A DNA stretch of 64,000 nt, from positions 10,278-74,277 of the forward strand of contig CATZMZ010000008.1 of assembly GCA_958421945.1 (NCBI GenBank), in the 5' to 3' direction. Positions 34,421 to 43,276 of the stretch are shown piece by piece. Numbering within the stretch: position 1 is the stretch's first letter; each line of letters opens with the position of its first letter. The stretch comes from an uncultured Eubacteriales bacterium. Lineage in GTDB: Bacteria > Bacillota > Clostridia > Christensenellales > Borkfalkiaceae. The position numbers were made by a program, and so were the translations under genes. Under the pieces are notes generated by a model, which was not told the origin of the DNA, did no database searches, and saw only the letters and a program-made list of their open reading frames with translations.

Positions 34421-35665
34421 TTATTTTCTTGCGGAAAGAACGGTTTTTTCGTAAGATTTAACCTCGTCAAACCAGTTCTCGCCGGGGACACCTTGACGTT
34501 TAAGGTATTCATCCCAAACGTCACCGTAAGGCATAAATTTCATTTCTTCCTGCATAACGAGAAGTTCTGTATAGTTAAGCGAATCTTGTAAAGCTTTAAG
34601 CTTGGCATTCGGCTGCAAAAGCGCGTATAGAAGCGCTCTTTGCATGTTTCTTGCGCCAACCGACCAGGCGGCAATACGATTTATAGACGCGTCGAAATAA
34701 TCCAAAGCGATATATACTCTGTTTATTGCGTCGTTCCTTACTATTTCCTTGGCAATTTCTTTCGTTTCGTCGTCCAAAGCGATTACGTGGTCGGAATCCC
34801 AACGCACGGGACGAGTTACGTGCAGTGCGATTTCAGGGAAAAAGCATAAAAGCGCGGAGATTTTATCCGAAACCATTTCTGTCGGGTGATAATGCCCGTT
34901 ATCCATGAGCGGCAAGCAACCGCGGGTTGCTGCGTAAGTAAGCGCAAATTCCGCGCTGCCGACGGTATAGCTTTCAACGCCTATGCCGAAAACCTTACTT
35001 TCGACGCAAGGTTTGACGAGAGCTTTGTCGTAATCGGACAAAATTTCGTCAATAGAATTTTTATATCTTTCTCTCGGTCCTATTCTGTCCGCGGGAACGT
35101 CTTTCAACCCGTCACCTGTCCAAATATTCATAACGCAAGGAATACCGGTTTCTCTTGCAAAATACTCTGAAATCTTAACGCAAGCCTTTCCGTGAGCAAT
35201 CCAAAAATCACGAATCTTCTTATCGGGCGACGAAAGGGTTAAACCGCTAGAAGCCATAGGGTGCGAAAAAAAGGTTGGGTTAAAATCAAGACCAACGTCG
35301 TGTTTTTTTGCGAAATCCACCCATTTTTTAAAGTGTTTAGGCTCAAGCTTATCTCTGTCAACGAATTCACCCTTTTCAAAAATCGCATAGCATGCGTGAA
35401 CGTTGATTTTCTTTTTACCGGGAACGAGCGTCATAACCTTTTCGATATCCTGCATAAGCTCGTCGGGTGTTCTTGCTTTGCCGGGATAGTTGCCTGTAGT
35501 CTGAATTCCGCCGGTAAGAGGTCCGTCATGGTCGAAGCCCGTAACGTCGTCCCCCTGCCAACAATGCAAGGAAACGGGAATCGAAGCGAGGGTTTCTAAC
35601 ACCTGTTCGGTATCAACCCCGTATTTTTTAAACGATTGTTTCGCGTTTTCATAATTATTCATCAA
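34421..35665 (-). CDS. rhaA: L-rhamnose isomerase
   Basis: 414 aa. ...IPVSLHCWQGDDVTGFD... and the overall sequence match the RhaA family. Confidence 0.88.
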   Translation of the reverse strand: MMNNYENAKQSFKKYGVDTEQVLETLASIPVSLHCWQGDDVTGFDHDGPLTGGIQTTGNYPGKARTPDELMQDIEKVMTLVPGKKKINVHACYAIFEKGEFVDRDKLEPKHFKKWVDFAKKHDVGLDFNPTFFSHPMASSGLTLSSPDKKIRDFWIAHGKACVKISEYFARETGIPCVMNIWTGDGLKDVPADRIGPRERYKNSIDEILSDYDKALVKPCVESKVFGIGVESYTVGSAEFALTYAATRGCLPLMDNGHYHPTEMVSDKISALLCFFPEIALHVTRPVRWDSDHVIALDDETKEIAKEIVRNDAINRVYIALDYFDASINRIAAWSVGARNMQRALLYALLQPNAKLKALQDSLNYTELLVMQEEMKFMPYGDVWDEYLKRQGVPGENWFDEVKSYEKTVLSARK

Positions 35666-35690
35666 AATAATCCGCCTTTATTTTTTTTAT

Positions 35691-35719
35691 ATGATAACAC
35701 ATTTTTCTGAAATTTACAA
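35691..35719 (-). promoter_or_regulatory. Putative promoter of rhaA
   Basis: Minus strand TTGTAA (35714-35719), 17 nt, then TGtTATCAT (extended -10; hexamer at 35691-35696). Confidence 0.5.
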
Positions 35720-35775
35720 GATAAAAGCCATATCTTTATAAGTTTTTTTATAGAATTACACAAGTTTATCTCTTG

Positions 35776-38682
35776 TTATTCTGCGTCCTCGTCAAACAGT
35801 CCGAATTTAACGAAAGAATAGCTGTTTCTCTCGTTATTACTTACGCCGTTGTGCCAGCTTCCGAGGTTTTCATACGTCCCCGGACCGACGCCGAGCGGTT
35901 CTTCCTCGAACTTATAATGATGCGGACCTAACAAGTTTCTGTTTCCCGAATAAAGAGTAATTTCCGCAACGTTTTCCCCTGCTTTAACGAAATTTGAAAT
36001 GTCAACCGTATCGTTAAAATACGATTTATTTATTTCTTTCCCGTTAATTTTTAAGTAGGAGGTTGCAAATCTGCCGGTTAAATCAAGCTGCGCGGGCGAG
36101 CCGTCGTGGAAAAAGTTTTTTCTAAGCGTAATTTCACCCGCAAAAAACGGATACCCGTTTTTAACCGTATCGGTGATTTGCGTTTTGCGCTTTCCGATAT
36201 AAAAATCGTCGTCAGACAAATATACGCCAGCCGTTTTTCCGTTTTTAAATCCGTTTTTAGAATACACTCCGAAATCGCCTTGCAAGTAGCAAGCTTCTAT
36301 CGTGGAATCATATACGAGACAATTTTTAAGACTTTCGGTAACGTTTTCGCCGAACAAAACGTAATAAACGTGGTCGCTTTCGTAAAAGTTGATTTTCAGT
36401 ATTATTTCGTTTGCGCCTTTAACGAGTTTATCGGAAATATCCGCTTTATATGTCTTTTTGTCAAAGTCGGAAATACCGTTAAAAATAATCTCTTTACCGT
36501 TTGCGGAGCAGCTTATGTTATGCATATCCTCCGAAACGAAATAGATTTTTTCGGGAATATCTTGCAATTCGAATTGATATTTAAGATAAACTATCCCGTT
36601 ATAGCGTTTTGCAAGAAGCTCGTTAAACACACCCATATAACGAATTTTATCACTATAATTTATTCCGTCCGTCGAAAACCTGACGTTATCGAGCAATAAG
36701 TAGTTGTCGCTTGAATTAACGACTTCGTAAGGAGCGGAAAGTTTCACGACATTTTTTTCAACGTTGCTTTCGGGATGTTTATCGGAAAGGAACAGAACCG
36801 CCGACTCGCATGGTTTTAACGTAATGGTTTTAGAAACAACCGAAACGTCAAGTGTTTCAAGGTCAATTTTTTCAAAGCTTTCGGACGCACAGTCAAAAGT
36901 AACGGTATACGATTTATCGTTGCTTAAATTAACGGCGTAAACGAATTTGCGCTCACCGTATTTTCTGAACGTGGTTTGAATTTCCGTATTATAATCGCTT
37001 ATTTTTAAATCCTGTACGCGAGCGATTTCGTCAAGCGTTACGTTGGATTTTAACGAATAAGTGTGTTTAAAACCCTCGATATATTGCGGGATATCGTCCA
37101 AAAACAATATTTTCCCGCCGTTTTTATAGTAATCGTTGAATAATTCGGCAGTATAAGCGTCCATGGTAAGCGTTTTGGGAAACACTATATAATCATACTT
37201 CTGCTTGCCTACGATAAGCGATTTCCCTTCAACCCTGCCGAGCTTAGCCATAACCGTTTCGTCAAGAATATGATACTGAATATTCATCGACGATAGAAGC
37301 TCGGCGTTTTTAAGATAAGAATCGTCTATCGGATAATCGGCGTCGAAATCGTTACGCTTATAATCGAAATACATGCTTCTGACGGGCGAAAAATAGCCGA
37401 CGTTGACCAGTTCTTCGCTTTCCCCGATTAAATAGCCTAACCGCGCGAAATAATCGTTAAAAGTCTTAAAATCGTGTCTGACCCAAGGGTTCACCTCGGA
37501 AAAATGCGCCGGATAATCCCTCTTTCTCTGTCCGTGTTCGGAATAAGGAAGCAAGTGCTGACACATAAGATTTATACCGTTGACGTATTGCCATTCCGCG
37601 ATTTTTTTAAGTTCTTTCGGCGTAACGTCCCAACCGCAGCATGCAAACGTCTCGGTAAGAACTTTTTTTCTTCCGACCTGAGCGGCAACGCTTGAAACTT
37701 GTTTTGGCGGAATGGGCGTCCCTATTTCTCTGCCCAGATGGTCGATGCCGGGAATATGTTCGTACATATAGGCGGGCATAATTCCTCCGCAACACAGCAT
37801 TTGCCATTTCAAATCTTCTTCCTGAACGTAATGCCCCGTTAGCTGTACGCCGTTTTTGTCGCACCATTCGTAAACTTTTTCGGCATAATTTTTAATGAAC
37901 ATATCGTTCATTGCTTTCCAGTACTTATATCGAAAATCGCGATACCCTTTTTTTTCGACGAATAACAATCCCAGACGATCTAAAATATCCTCGCCGTATT
38001 TATCTTTAAAATAATCGGGAAGAATTCTCGTATACGGGTGGGCGGCACGGTAATATTGCGGCTCGTCGGTAAAAAATCCTTTCAAATTTTTTCCAAAATC
38101 CTTACCCGTTTTTTGCTTGTATTTTTCGTGCGTTTCCTTAATAAACTCGTCCACGACTTCGGGGTTTAAAACGTCTGCCGTAGAAGTGGAAATATGCTCG
38201 TAAATATTAAGATATTCGACTTTTTTTGTTTTATCGGATTCATTCACGCACGATTTTTCGTCGGTTACCCGTTTTAACTCATCGCTCGACAGCGAATAAG
38301 AAACAAAAGCGTCTTCATCGTACTTTCCTATAGAAAAAGTTAAATATCTGTCCCTATTGTCGAGTTTTTCCAAAAGCTTTCCACCGACGAATCCGCTCGG
38401 CCAGCCGTTTTCATCGTAAGCCCAGCTTTGCATACCCTGTTTTTTCCCTTCGTCGATGCAGGCGTTTACGCAATCAAACCATTTTTCTCCGAGATATTCG
38501 GTTGTCAGTCCGCCGCGCGCATGCATAAAATAACCGCCGAAGCCTTGCTTTTTCATTCGGCGTATTTGTTCGCGAAGCTCGTTTTCTTCTAATTCGTCGT
38601 TCCAGCTCCAAAAAGGAATCGCACGATATTCGCTGATTTTACTTTCATTCTGTAAATCGTCTTTAATCATTTTCGTCACCAT
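35776..38682 (-). CDS. Large glycoside-hydrolase-like protein (family uncertain; possibly rhamnosidase-related from context)
   Basis: 968 aa. The N-terminal ...YRAIPFWSWNDELEENELREQIRRMKKQGFGGYFMHARGGL... is typical of an uncharacterised glycosyl-hydrolase-like family. The specificity is inferred only from the neighbouring rhaA. Confidence 0.55.
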   Translation of the reverse strand: MVTKMIKDDLQNESKISEYRAIPFWSWNDELEENELREQIRRMKKQGFGGYFMHARGGLTTEYLGEKWFDCVNACIDEGKKQGMQSWAYDENGWPSGFVGGKLLEKLDNRDRYLTFSIGKYDEDAFVSYSLSSDELKRVTDEKSCVNESDKTKKVEYLNIYEHISTSTADVLNPEVVDEFIKETHEKYKQKTGKDFGKNLKGFFTDEPQYYRAAHPYTRILPDYFKDKYGEDILDRLGLLFVEKKGYRDFRYKYWKAMNDMFIKNYAEKVYEWCDKNGVQLTGHYVQEEDLKWQMLCCGGIMPAYMYEHIPGIDHLGREIGTPIPPKQVSSVAAQVGRKKVLTETFACCGWDVTPKELKKIAEWQYVNGINLMCQHLLPYSEHGQRKRDYPAHFSEVNPWVRHDFKTFNDYFARLGYLIGESEELVNVGYFSPVRSMYFDYKRNDFDADYPIDDSYLKNAELLSSMNIQYHILDETVMAKLGRVEGKSLIVGKQKYDYIVFPKTLTMDAYTAELFNDYYKNGGKILFLDDIPQYIEGFKHTYSLKSNVTLDEIARVQDLKISDYNTEIQTTFRKYGERKFVYAVNLSNDKSYTVTFDCASESFEKIDLETLDVSVVSKTITLKPCESAVLFLSDKHPESNVEKNVVKLSAPYEVVNSSDNYLLLDNVRFSTDGINYSDKIRYMGVFNELLAKRYNGIVYLKYQFELQDIPEKIYFVSEDMHNISCSANGKEIIFNGISDFDKKTYKADISDKLVKGANEIILKINFYESDHVYYVLFGENVTESLKNCLVYDSTIEACYLQGDFGVYSKNGFKNGKTAGVYLSDDDFYIGKRKTQITDTVKNGYPFFAGEITLRKNFFHDGSPAQLDLTGRFATSYLKINGKEINKSYFNDTVDISNFVKAGENVAEITLYSGNRNLLGPHHYKFEEEPLGVGPGTYENLGSWHNGVSNNERNSYSFVKFGLFDEDAE

Positions 38683-38692
38683 TTAGAAAATT

Positions 38693-39577
38693 TTAATCAG
38701 TCTCGTCCTGTTTTCCGTCCGTTTTTGCCGCTGTCTTATCCATTTCGACAAGCGGAATTTTTCTTATAATATAAAACAATATAATAGCCACTCCCGCGGC
38801 AATAAAAAAGAGCGACTGCCATTGCGACGGATATAGCCCCAGAACGGCCGCGCCGCGATAATCAGTTCTGAAAAACTCGATAATCAACCGCCAAATCCCG
38901 TATCCGATAAGATAAACGGGCATACATAACCTTTTACATTTCTTAAAATACATAATGGTTAAAACGGCAAATAAGGCGAATAAAAACAGCGATTCGAAAA
39001 GTTGCGTGCCTACATAATATCCGTCAAAAGTTAATGTTTTTGAAAACTTGCTATAAGTGTAACGCGGAACAGTTCCGAAAACCCATTCCGTTTTGCTGAC
39101 CAAATCGCCGTGACAGCACCCCGCCATAAGACAACCTACTCTACCGAATGCGTGAGCTATCGTTATGCAAACAGGTGCAATACAAAAGATTTTTTCAAAT
39201 TCCTTCTTGTGAACGTTCTGTTTTTTACCTTTAAAATAATATTTACCAACAAGGAAATAGATAAGCAAAAACATGCCCGCGCCACCGATTAGTCCGCCCA
39301 TAACGGTTATTCCAGCATTATAAAAATCCCACTTGCCGTTTTCGATTAAATCGTAAAAAGCTTGAAACAGCTTCGCAAACAAATACCCTACCGCGATAGA
39401 GATTATTATTACGAAAAAAGCGAAGTCCTGTACAGCGGTTGGCATGTTTTTCTTTTTAGTGTATAAATAAAAAACGACGATACACGCGATAATGCCTATT
39501 GCCGTGCAAATTCCGTATGGAAACACGGAAAACTCTTTGCCGAACAACGTAAATTCAAATAGTGGTTGAGGGTGCAT
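38693..39577 (-). CDS. lgt: Prolipoprotein diacylglyceryl transferase
   Basis: 294-aa polytopic membrane protein with Lgt motifs (...FGRVGCLMAGCCHG..., ...GIWRLIIEFFRTDYRG...). SD GAGGT is present. Confidence 0.85.
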   Translation of the reverse strand: MHPQPLFEFTLFGKEFSVFPYGICTAIGIIACIVVFYLYTKKKNMPTAVQDFAFFVIIISIAVGYLFAKLFQAFYDLIENGKWDFYNAGITVMGGLIGGAGMFLLIYFLVGKYYFKGKKQNVHKKEFEKIFCIAPVCITIAHAFGRVGCLMAGCCHGDLVSKTEWVFGTVPRYTYSKFSKTLTFDGYYVGTQLFESLFLFALFAVLTIMYFKKCKRLCMPVYLIGYGIWRLIIEFFRTDYRGAAVLGLYPSQWQSLFFIAAGVAIILFYIIRKIPLVEMDKTAAKTDGKQDETD

Positions 39578-39639
39578 AATAAACCTCGCTGAAAAATTTA
39601 AATAAAAAAATTAAATATTAAATTTTACAAAGAAAACGT

Positions 39640-39668
39640 TTGCAATTCTTTTGCGTTTTGTGTATAAT
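39640..39668 (+). promoter_or_regulatory. Sigma-A promoter of tRNA-Ser
   Basis: TTGCAA (39640-39645), 17 nt, then TATAAT (39663-39668), 16 nt upstream of the tRNA 5' end. Confidence 0.6.
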
Positions 39669-39684
39669 AAGTAGGACGTTTTAC

Positions 39685-39775
39685 GGAGAAGTATCGAAGT
39701 GGTCATAACGAGCTGCACTCGAAATGCAGTTGTCGAGTTCTCGGCACATGGGTTCGAATCCCATCTTCTCCGCCA
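39685..39775 (+). tRNA. tRNA-Ser (CGA), class II, CCA encoded
   Basis: GGAGAAGTATCGAAGTGGTC...CTGCA-CTCGAAA-TGCAG, a long variable arm, then ...GGTTCGAATCCCATCTTCTCCGCCA. Confidence 0.9.
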
Positions 39776-39780
39776 AGGGT

Positions 39781-39818
39781 AACCAGAATCGAGCAATCGG
39801 TTTTGGTTATTTTTTATT
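39781..39818 (+). terminator. Intrinsic terminator of tRNA-Ser
   Basis: AACCAGAATCGA-gcaa-TCGGTTTTGGTT (two G-U pairs) followed by ATTTTTTATT. Confidence 0.6.
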
Positions 39819-39845
39819 CTTTTACACAACGTAGTCGTATTATAA

Positions 39846-39959
39846 CATAAATAAAAATGCTTGCTTGCAATGGCATTTTTATGATTGGCTTCAAGCACGC
39901 AGGCGCGCGACAGCGCGGTGGGAAGCAACGCTTCCGCTTTGCCCTCGGCAAAGCTCTGC
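39846..39959 (-). ncRNA. Candidate small RNA (about 114 nt, GC-rich, four hairpins); family unknown
   Basis: The minus-strand transcript predicted from the promoter at 39965-39993 reads GGCAGA-GCUUUGCC-gag-GGCAAAGC-GGAAGC-guu-GCUUCC-CAC-CGCGC-uguc-GCGCG-...-AAAAAUGCCAUUGCAAGCAAGCAUUUUU-AUUUAUGUU. The last hairpin plus its U-rich tail acts as a terminator. The region is markedly more GC-rich than the flanking AT-rich intergenic DNA. Confidence 0.35.
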
Positions 39960-39964
39960 CGTAT

Positions 39965-39993
39965 ATTATAACACATAAATTGTAATTATGCAA
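39965..39993 (-). promoter_or_regulatory. Near-consensus extended -10 sigma-A promoter driving the GC-rich element
   Basis: Minus strand TTGCAT (39988-39993), 17 nt, then TGtTATAAT (hexamer at 39965-39970). Confidence 0.55.
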
Positions 39994-40080
39994 ATTATTA
40001 AGTAACCATTAAAAGCAAGTATATATTTTTTTATTATTCAGCTTTGAGATTCTTTCTCGTATAAAAATGTTTTTTTTAAA

Positions 40081-40437
40081 TCATACGTTAGTTTCGTAAT
40101 TTTTTGTCGCAACTATATTTATATTTTCTGTCACGTTTGCTAATATAACGTCGCCAATTCTCACATTCTCTTTTAAAACAAAGGCATTAACCTTATCCAT
40201 AACTAAAAAAATGTCGGATTTTTTCACGGGTTTATCGGTTTTTACGCTTACAACTTGTCCGTCAATGGTTTTTACGGTGGTCGTAAGAACTCGGCGCGGA
40301 CATATTGCTTCGTTAATCGCATACTGTTTGCCGCGTGGACACGAATTGCCGACAACCTCGACTATTTTTCCGTCCGCCGCCTCCACCGTTATTTCACAAC
40401 CTTTCGGACACTCGATACAAGTTACGTTCTTTAACAT
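40081..40437 (-). CDS. DUF1667-domain protein (third gene of the GlpA-like oxidoreductase operon)
   Basis: 118 aa with ...CIECPKGCEITVEA...VVGNSCPRGKQYAINE..., typical of DUF1667. Confidence 0.8.
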   Translation of the reverse strand: MLKNVTCIECPKGCEITVEAADGKIVEVVGNSCPRGKQYAINEAICPRRVLTTTVKTIDGQVVSVKTDKPVKKSDIFLVMDKVNAFVLKENVRIGDVILANVTENINIVATKNYETNV

Positions 40438-41681
40438 GATTGCTCCACCACTTTTAATTCTATACTACCTTCGCTTTGTTTTAATACCGTATTTTTTACA
40501 ATTACCGATTGCATCTCTCCCGGAGTTAACGCCGCTCTTTTTATAGACATTATCTCCTTTCCTGCGGTAACTAAAATAATATTACCAACTTTCAATTGCT
40601 TTTTTACTCTGAAGAAAAGCTTAACGTCTTTTTCAGTACTCGTTATCTTTTGCGGTACTACGTAAGACACGTTTTCACCGCAAGTTATTTTTTTGAGACA
40701 TTGTTTTTGTAATCTATTAAATATATAATCCGCCGCAGCCTTTCCTGCAAGCTCGGCTTCCTCCGAAACATAATCAACCAGGTCGTGAACGTGAAGAACG
40801 TTTCCGCAGACAAAAAAGCCGTCAATCTCTGTTTGTCTGTTTTCGTCTACTACAACGCTTTTAGTTTGGCTTGATAACGGTATTCCTGCAGATTTTAATA
40901 GCTCGATTTCAGGAAGTAAGCCAACCGAAAACAGAACAGTATCGCAATCTATATTGATCTCCGTACCTATTATCGGTTTTCTTTTTTCGTCTACCTTTGA
41001 TATGGTCACGCCTGTTACTCTTTCCTTCCCGCGAATCTCGGTAATTGTATGGTTCAGATATAACGGAATGTCGAAATCGTGGAGACATTGTTCTATATTT
41101 CTTTTAAGCCCCGTCGAAAACGGCATTATTTCACATACGGCAAGAACCTTAGCGCCTTCTAAAGTGAGTCTTCTTGCCATTATAAGTCCTATATCTCCTG
41201 AACCAAGAATTACTACCCTTTTCCCGGGCATATAACCTTTTACATTTATATATTTTTGTGCTGTTCCTGCGGAGTAAATACCTGCCGGACGAGTTCCGGG
41301 AATATTAAGTGCGCCGCGACTCCTTTCTCTGCACCCCATAGCAAAAACTATTGCTTTGGCTTTAATTTTTTTAATTCCGTTTTTAGAGTTTATTATGGTG
41401 ATTTCTCTTTTTTGGGTCACTTCAAGAACCGTTGTATTAACATAAAATTCTATTCCTCTTTTTAAGACTTCGTCAATAAATTTTTGTGCATATTCGGGTC
41501 CGGTAAGGCTTTCATTGAAACGTTGTAAACCAAAACCGTTATGAATACATTGCAATAATATTCCGCCAAGCTTTTGCTCGCGTTCTATTATGAGAACATC
41601 TTTTATTCCGTTGTCGTAAGCTGAAATGGCAGCAGCAAGTCCCGAAGGACCGCCGCCGATTATAACAAGTCTTTTTTTCAT
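40431..41681 (-). CDS. NAD(P)/FAD-dependent pyridine nucleotide-disulfide-type oxidoreductase
   Basis: 416 aa with two Rossmann motifs (VIIGGGPSGLAAA; VVILGSGDIGLIMA). Its ends overlap both neighbouring genes. Confidence 0.8.
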   Translation of the reverse strand: MKKRLVIIGGGPSGLAAAISAYDNGIKDVLIIEREQKLGGILLQCIHNGFGLQRFNESLTGPEYAQKFIDEVLKRGIEFYVNTTVLEVTQKREITIINSKNGIKKIKAKAIVFAMGCRERSRGALNIPGTRPAGIYSAGTAQKYINVKGYMPGKRVVILGSGDIGLIMARRLTLEGAKVLAVCEIMPFSTGLKRNIEQCLHDFDIPLYLNHTITEIRGKERVTGVTISKVDEKRKPIIGTEINIDCDTVLFSVGLLPEIELLKSAGIPLSSQTKSVVVDENRQTEIDGFFVCGNVLHVHDLVDYVSEEAELAGKAAADYIFNRLQKQCLKKITCGENVSYVVPQKITSTEKDVKLFFRVKKQLKVGNIILVTAGKEIMSIKRAALTPGEMQSVIVKNTVLKQSEGSIELKVVEQSC

Positions 41682-43111
41682 TTACTCTTACCTCTTAGTA
41701 TATACGAACCTTCAGTTGATTTTTTTACTTTATCAAGTGGTATTCCTAATTCATCGGCAAGTATTTCGGCAACTCTCGGCTGACAAAAACCGCTTTGACA
41801 TCTTCCCATACCTGCCCTCGTTCTTCTTTTAATTGCATCAAGATTAGTAGCACGCGGGTTTCTTCTGATAGAATCCCTTATTTCGCCTTCGGAAACGTTT
41901 TCGCATCTGCATACTATTTTCCCAAAAGATGCATCGCGCTTTATTATTTTATTTTTTTTCTTTAACGACAGCGATTTAAAATAGTAATCCGATTTTCTCT
42001 TTTTAATAAAGTTTGGATTATGTATGGCAGTGTATTCTTTTGGCAGCAAATTTGAAACGACGTACTTTGCAATGCCCGGGGCCGACGTTAGTCCCGGAGA
42101 TTCAATTCCGCAAACGTTGATTAGCCCTTTCACCTTGTTACTGTTTTCAATAATAAAATCATGTTGTTCCAAAGAAAAGGTTCTTACCCCTGCAAATGAG
42201 GTAATAATATTAAATAATGGTATGTCTTTTAACATGGTTTTCGCTTTAGACATAACTGAGTCTAATCCTGCCGAAGTTGTTATGTTGCTTTCCACTTCTA
42301 TATCTTCGGCTGTAGGTCCTACCAGTATATTACCGTCAACCGTTTTGGTTATTAGTATACCTTTACCCTTTTCAGTCGGCGCAAAAAACAAAGTATGAGA
42401 AACGAGCCCCGCATTTTCTCTATCGAGAAGAAGGTATTCCCCACGTCGATATCCAGTTTTTATCGTATCATCCCCGCATAACCGGGAAATTCTACTACAC
42501 TCCGAGCCGGAAGCGTTTATAATAAATTTGCTGTTTATTATTTCGCCGTTAGATGAATAAATCTGAAAACAATTATGATTTTTGCATACTTTGCTTACTT
42601 CAAAATTTAATTTAAGTTCAGCACCGTTATCCATTGCATTACCTATTTGCGCTATAGTTAATTCATACGGACTAATTATAGCACCTGTTTTAGCGTACAG
42701 AGCGCAAATTGCCTTATCCGAAATGTTCGGTTCTAATTTTTTAAGAGTTTTCTTTTCGATAATTCTTAATCCCTTTATTCCGTTTTGCTTCCCTCTCAGC
42801 AAAAGATTTTTTAATACCGTTCTTTCCTCATCACTGAAAGCAACGACAAGCGAACCGTTGTTTACATATTTTACGCCGAGATTACGTGCATATTTTTTCA
42901 TCATTTTGCTTCCAAGTGCATTGAACTTTGCCTTATTAGTCCCCGGAATGGCATCAAATCCCGCATGAACTATCCCGCTATTTGCCTTGCTTGCCCCCAT
43001 GCAAACGTCACTTTCTTTTTCAAGCAGAACTGTTTCTAATTTATATTTAGTCAATTCTCTTAAAATTGCACCACCGATTACACCACCGCCAATTACCGCG
43101 ATATCGTACAT
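41678..43111 (-). CDS. FAD-dependent glycerol-3-phosphate dehydrogenase/oxidase-like protein with a C-terminal BFD-like [2Fe-2S] domain
   Basis: The start is placed at ATG 43111 (MYDIAVIGGGVIGGA...) with AAGGAG 7 nt upstream; the track TTG at 43144 adds 11 aa. The C-terminal CRCENVSEGEIRD...C..GFC is a BFD-like domain. Confidence 0.8.
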   Translation of the reverse strand: MYDIAVIGGGVIGGAILRELTKYKLETVLLEKESDVCMGASKANSGIVHAGFDAIPGTNKAKFNALGSKMMKKYARNLGVKYVNNGSLVVAFSDEERTVLKNLLLRGKQNGIKGLRIIEKKTLKKLEPNISDKAICALYAKTGAIISPYELTIAQIGNAMDNGAELKLNFEVSKVCKNHNCFQIYSSNGEIINSKFIINASGSECSRISRLCGDDTIKTGYRRGEYLLLDRENAGLVSHTLFFAPTEKGKGILITKTVDGNILVGPTAEDIEVESNITTSAGLDSVMSKAKTMLKDIPLFNIITSFAGVRTFSLEQHDFIIENSNKVKGLINVCGIESPGLTSAPGIAKYVVSNLLPKEYTAIHNPNFIKKRKSDYYFKSLSLKKKNKIIKRDASFGKIVCRCENVSEGEIRDSIRRNPRATNLDAIKRRTRAGMGRCQSGFCQPRVAEILADELGIPLDKVKKSTEGSYILRGKSK

Positions 43112-43276
43112 TATTGTTCTCCTTACTATTTCTTTGGTTGACAATTATATTTATTTATATTATAATAAATTTAATCAAATATTTCATTATTTTTTCAATT
43201 TTTATTAGAAATTGTGTATAAGTTGCAAATTAAGCAATATATATTGCTCATTTGAACAAATGAAGAAACGAGAAAA

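Noticed and set aside
39611-39976. 121-aa minus-strand ORF
   Set aside because: It overlaps tRNA-Ser (the peptide contains the typical ...RWDSNP... read-through of a T-arm), its terminator, and the GC-rich hairpin element. It has no SD. The region is better explained by RNA features.
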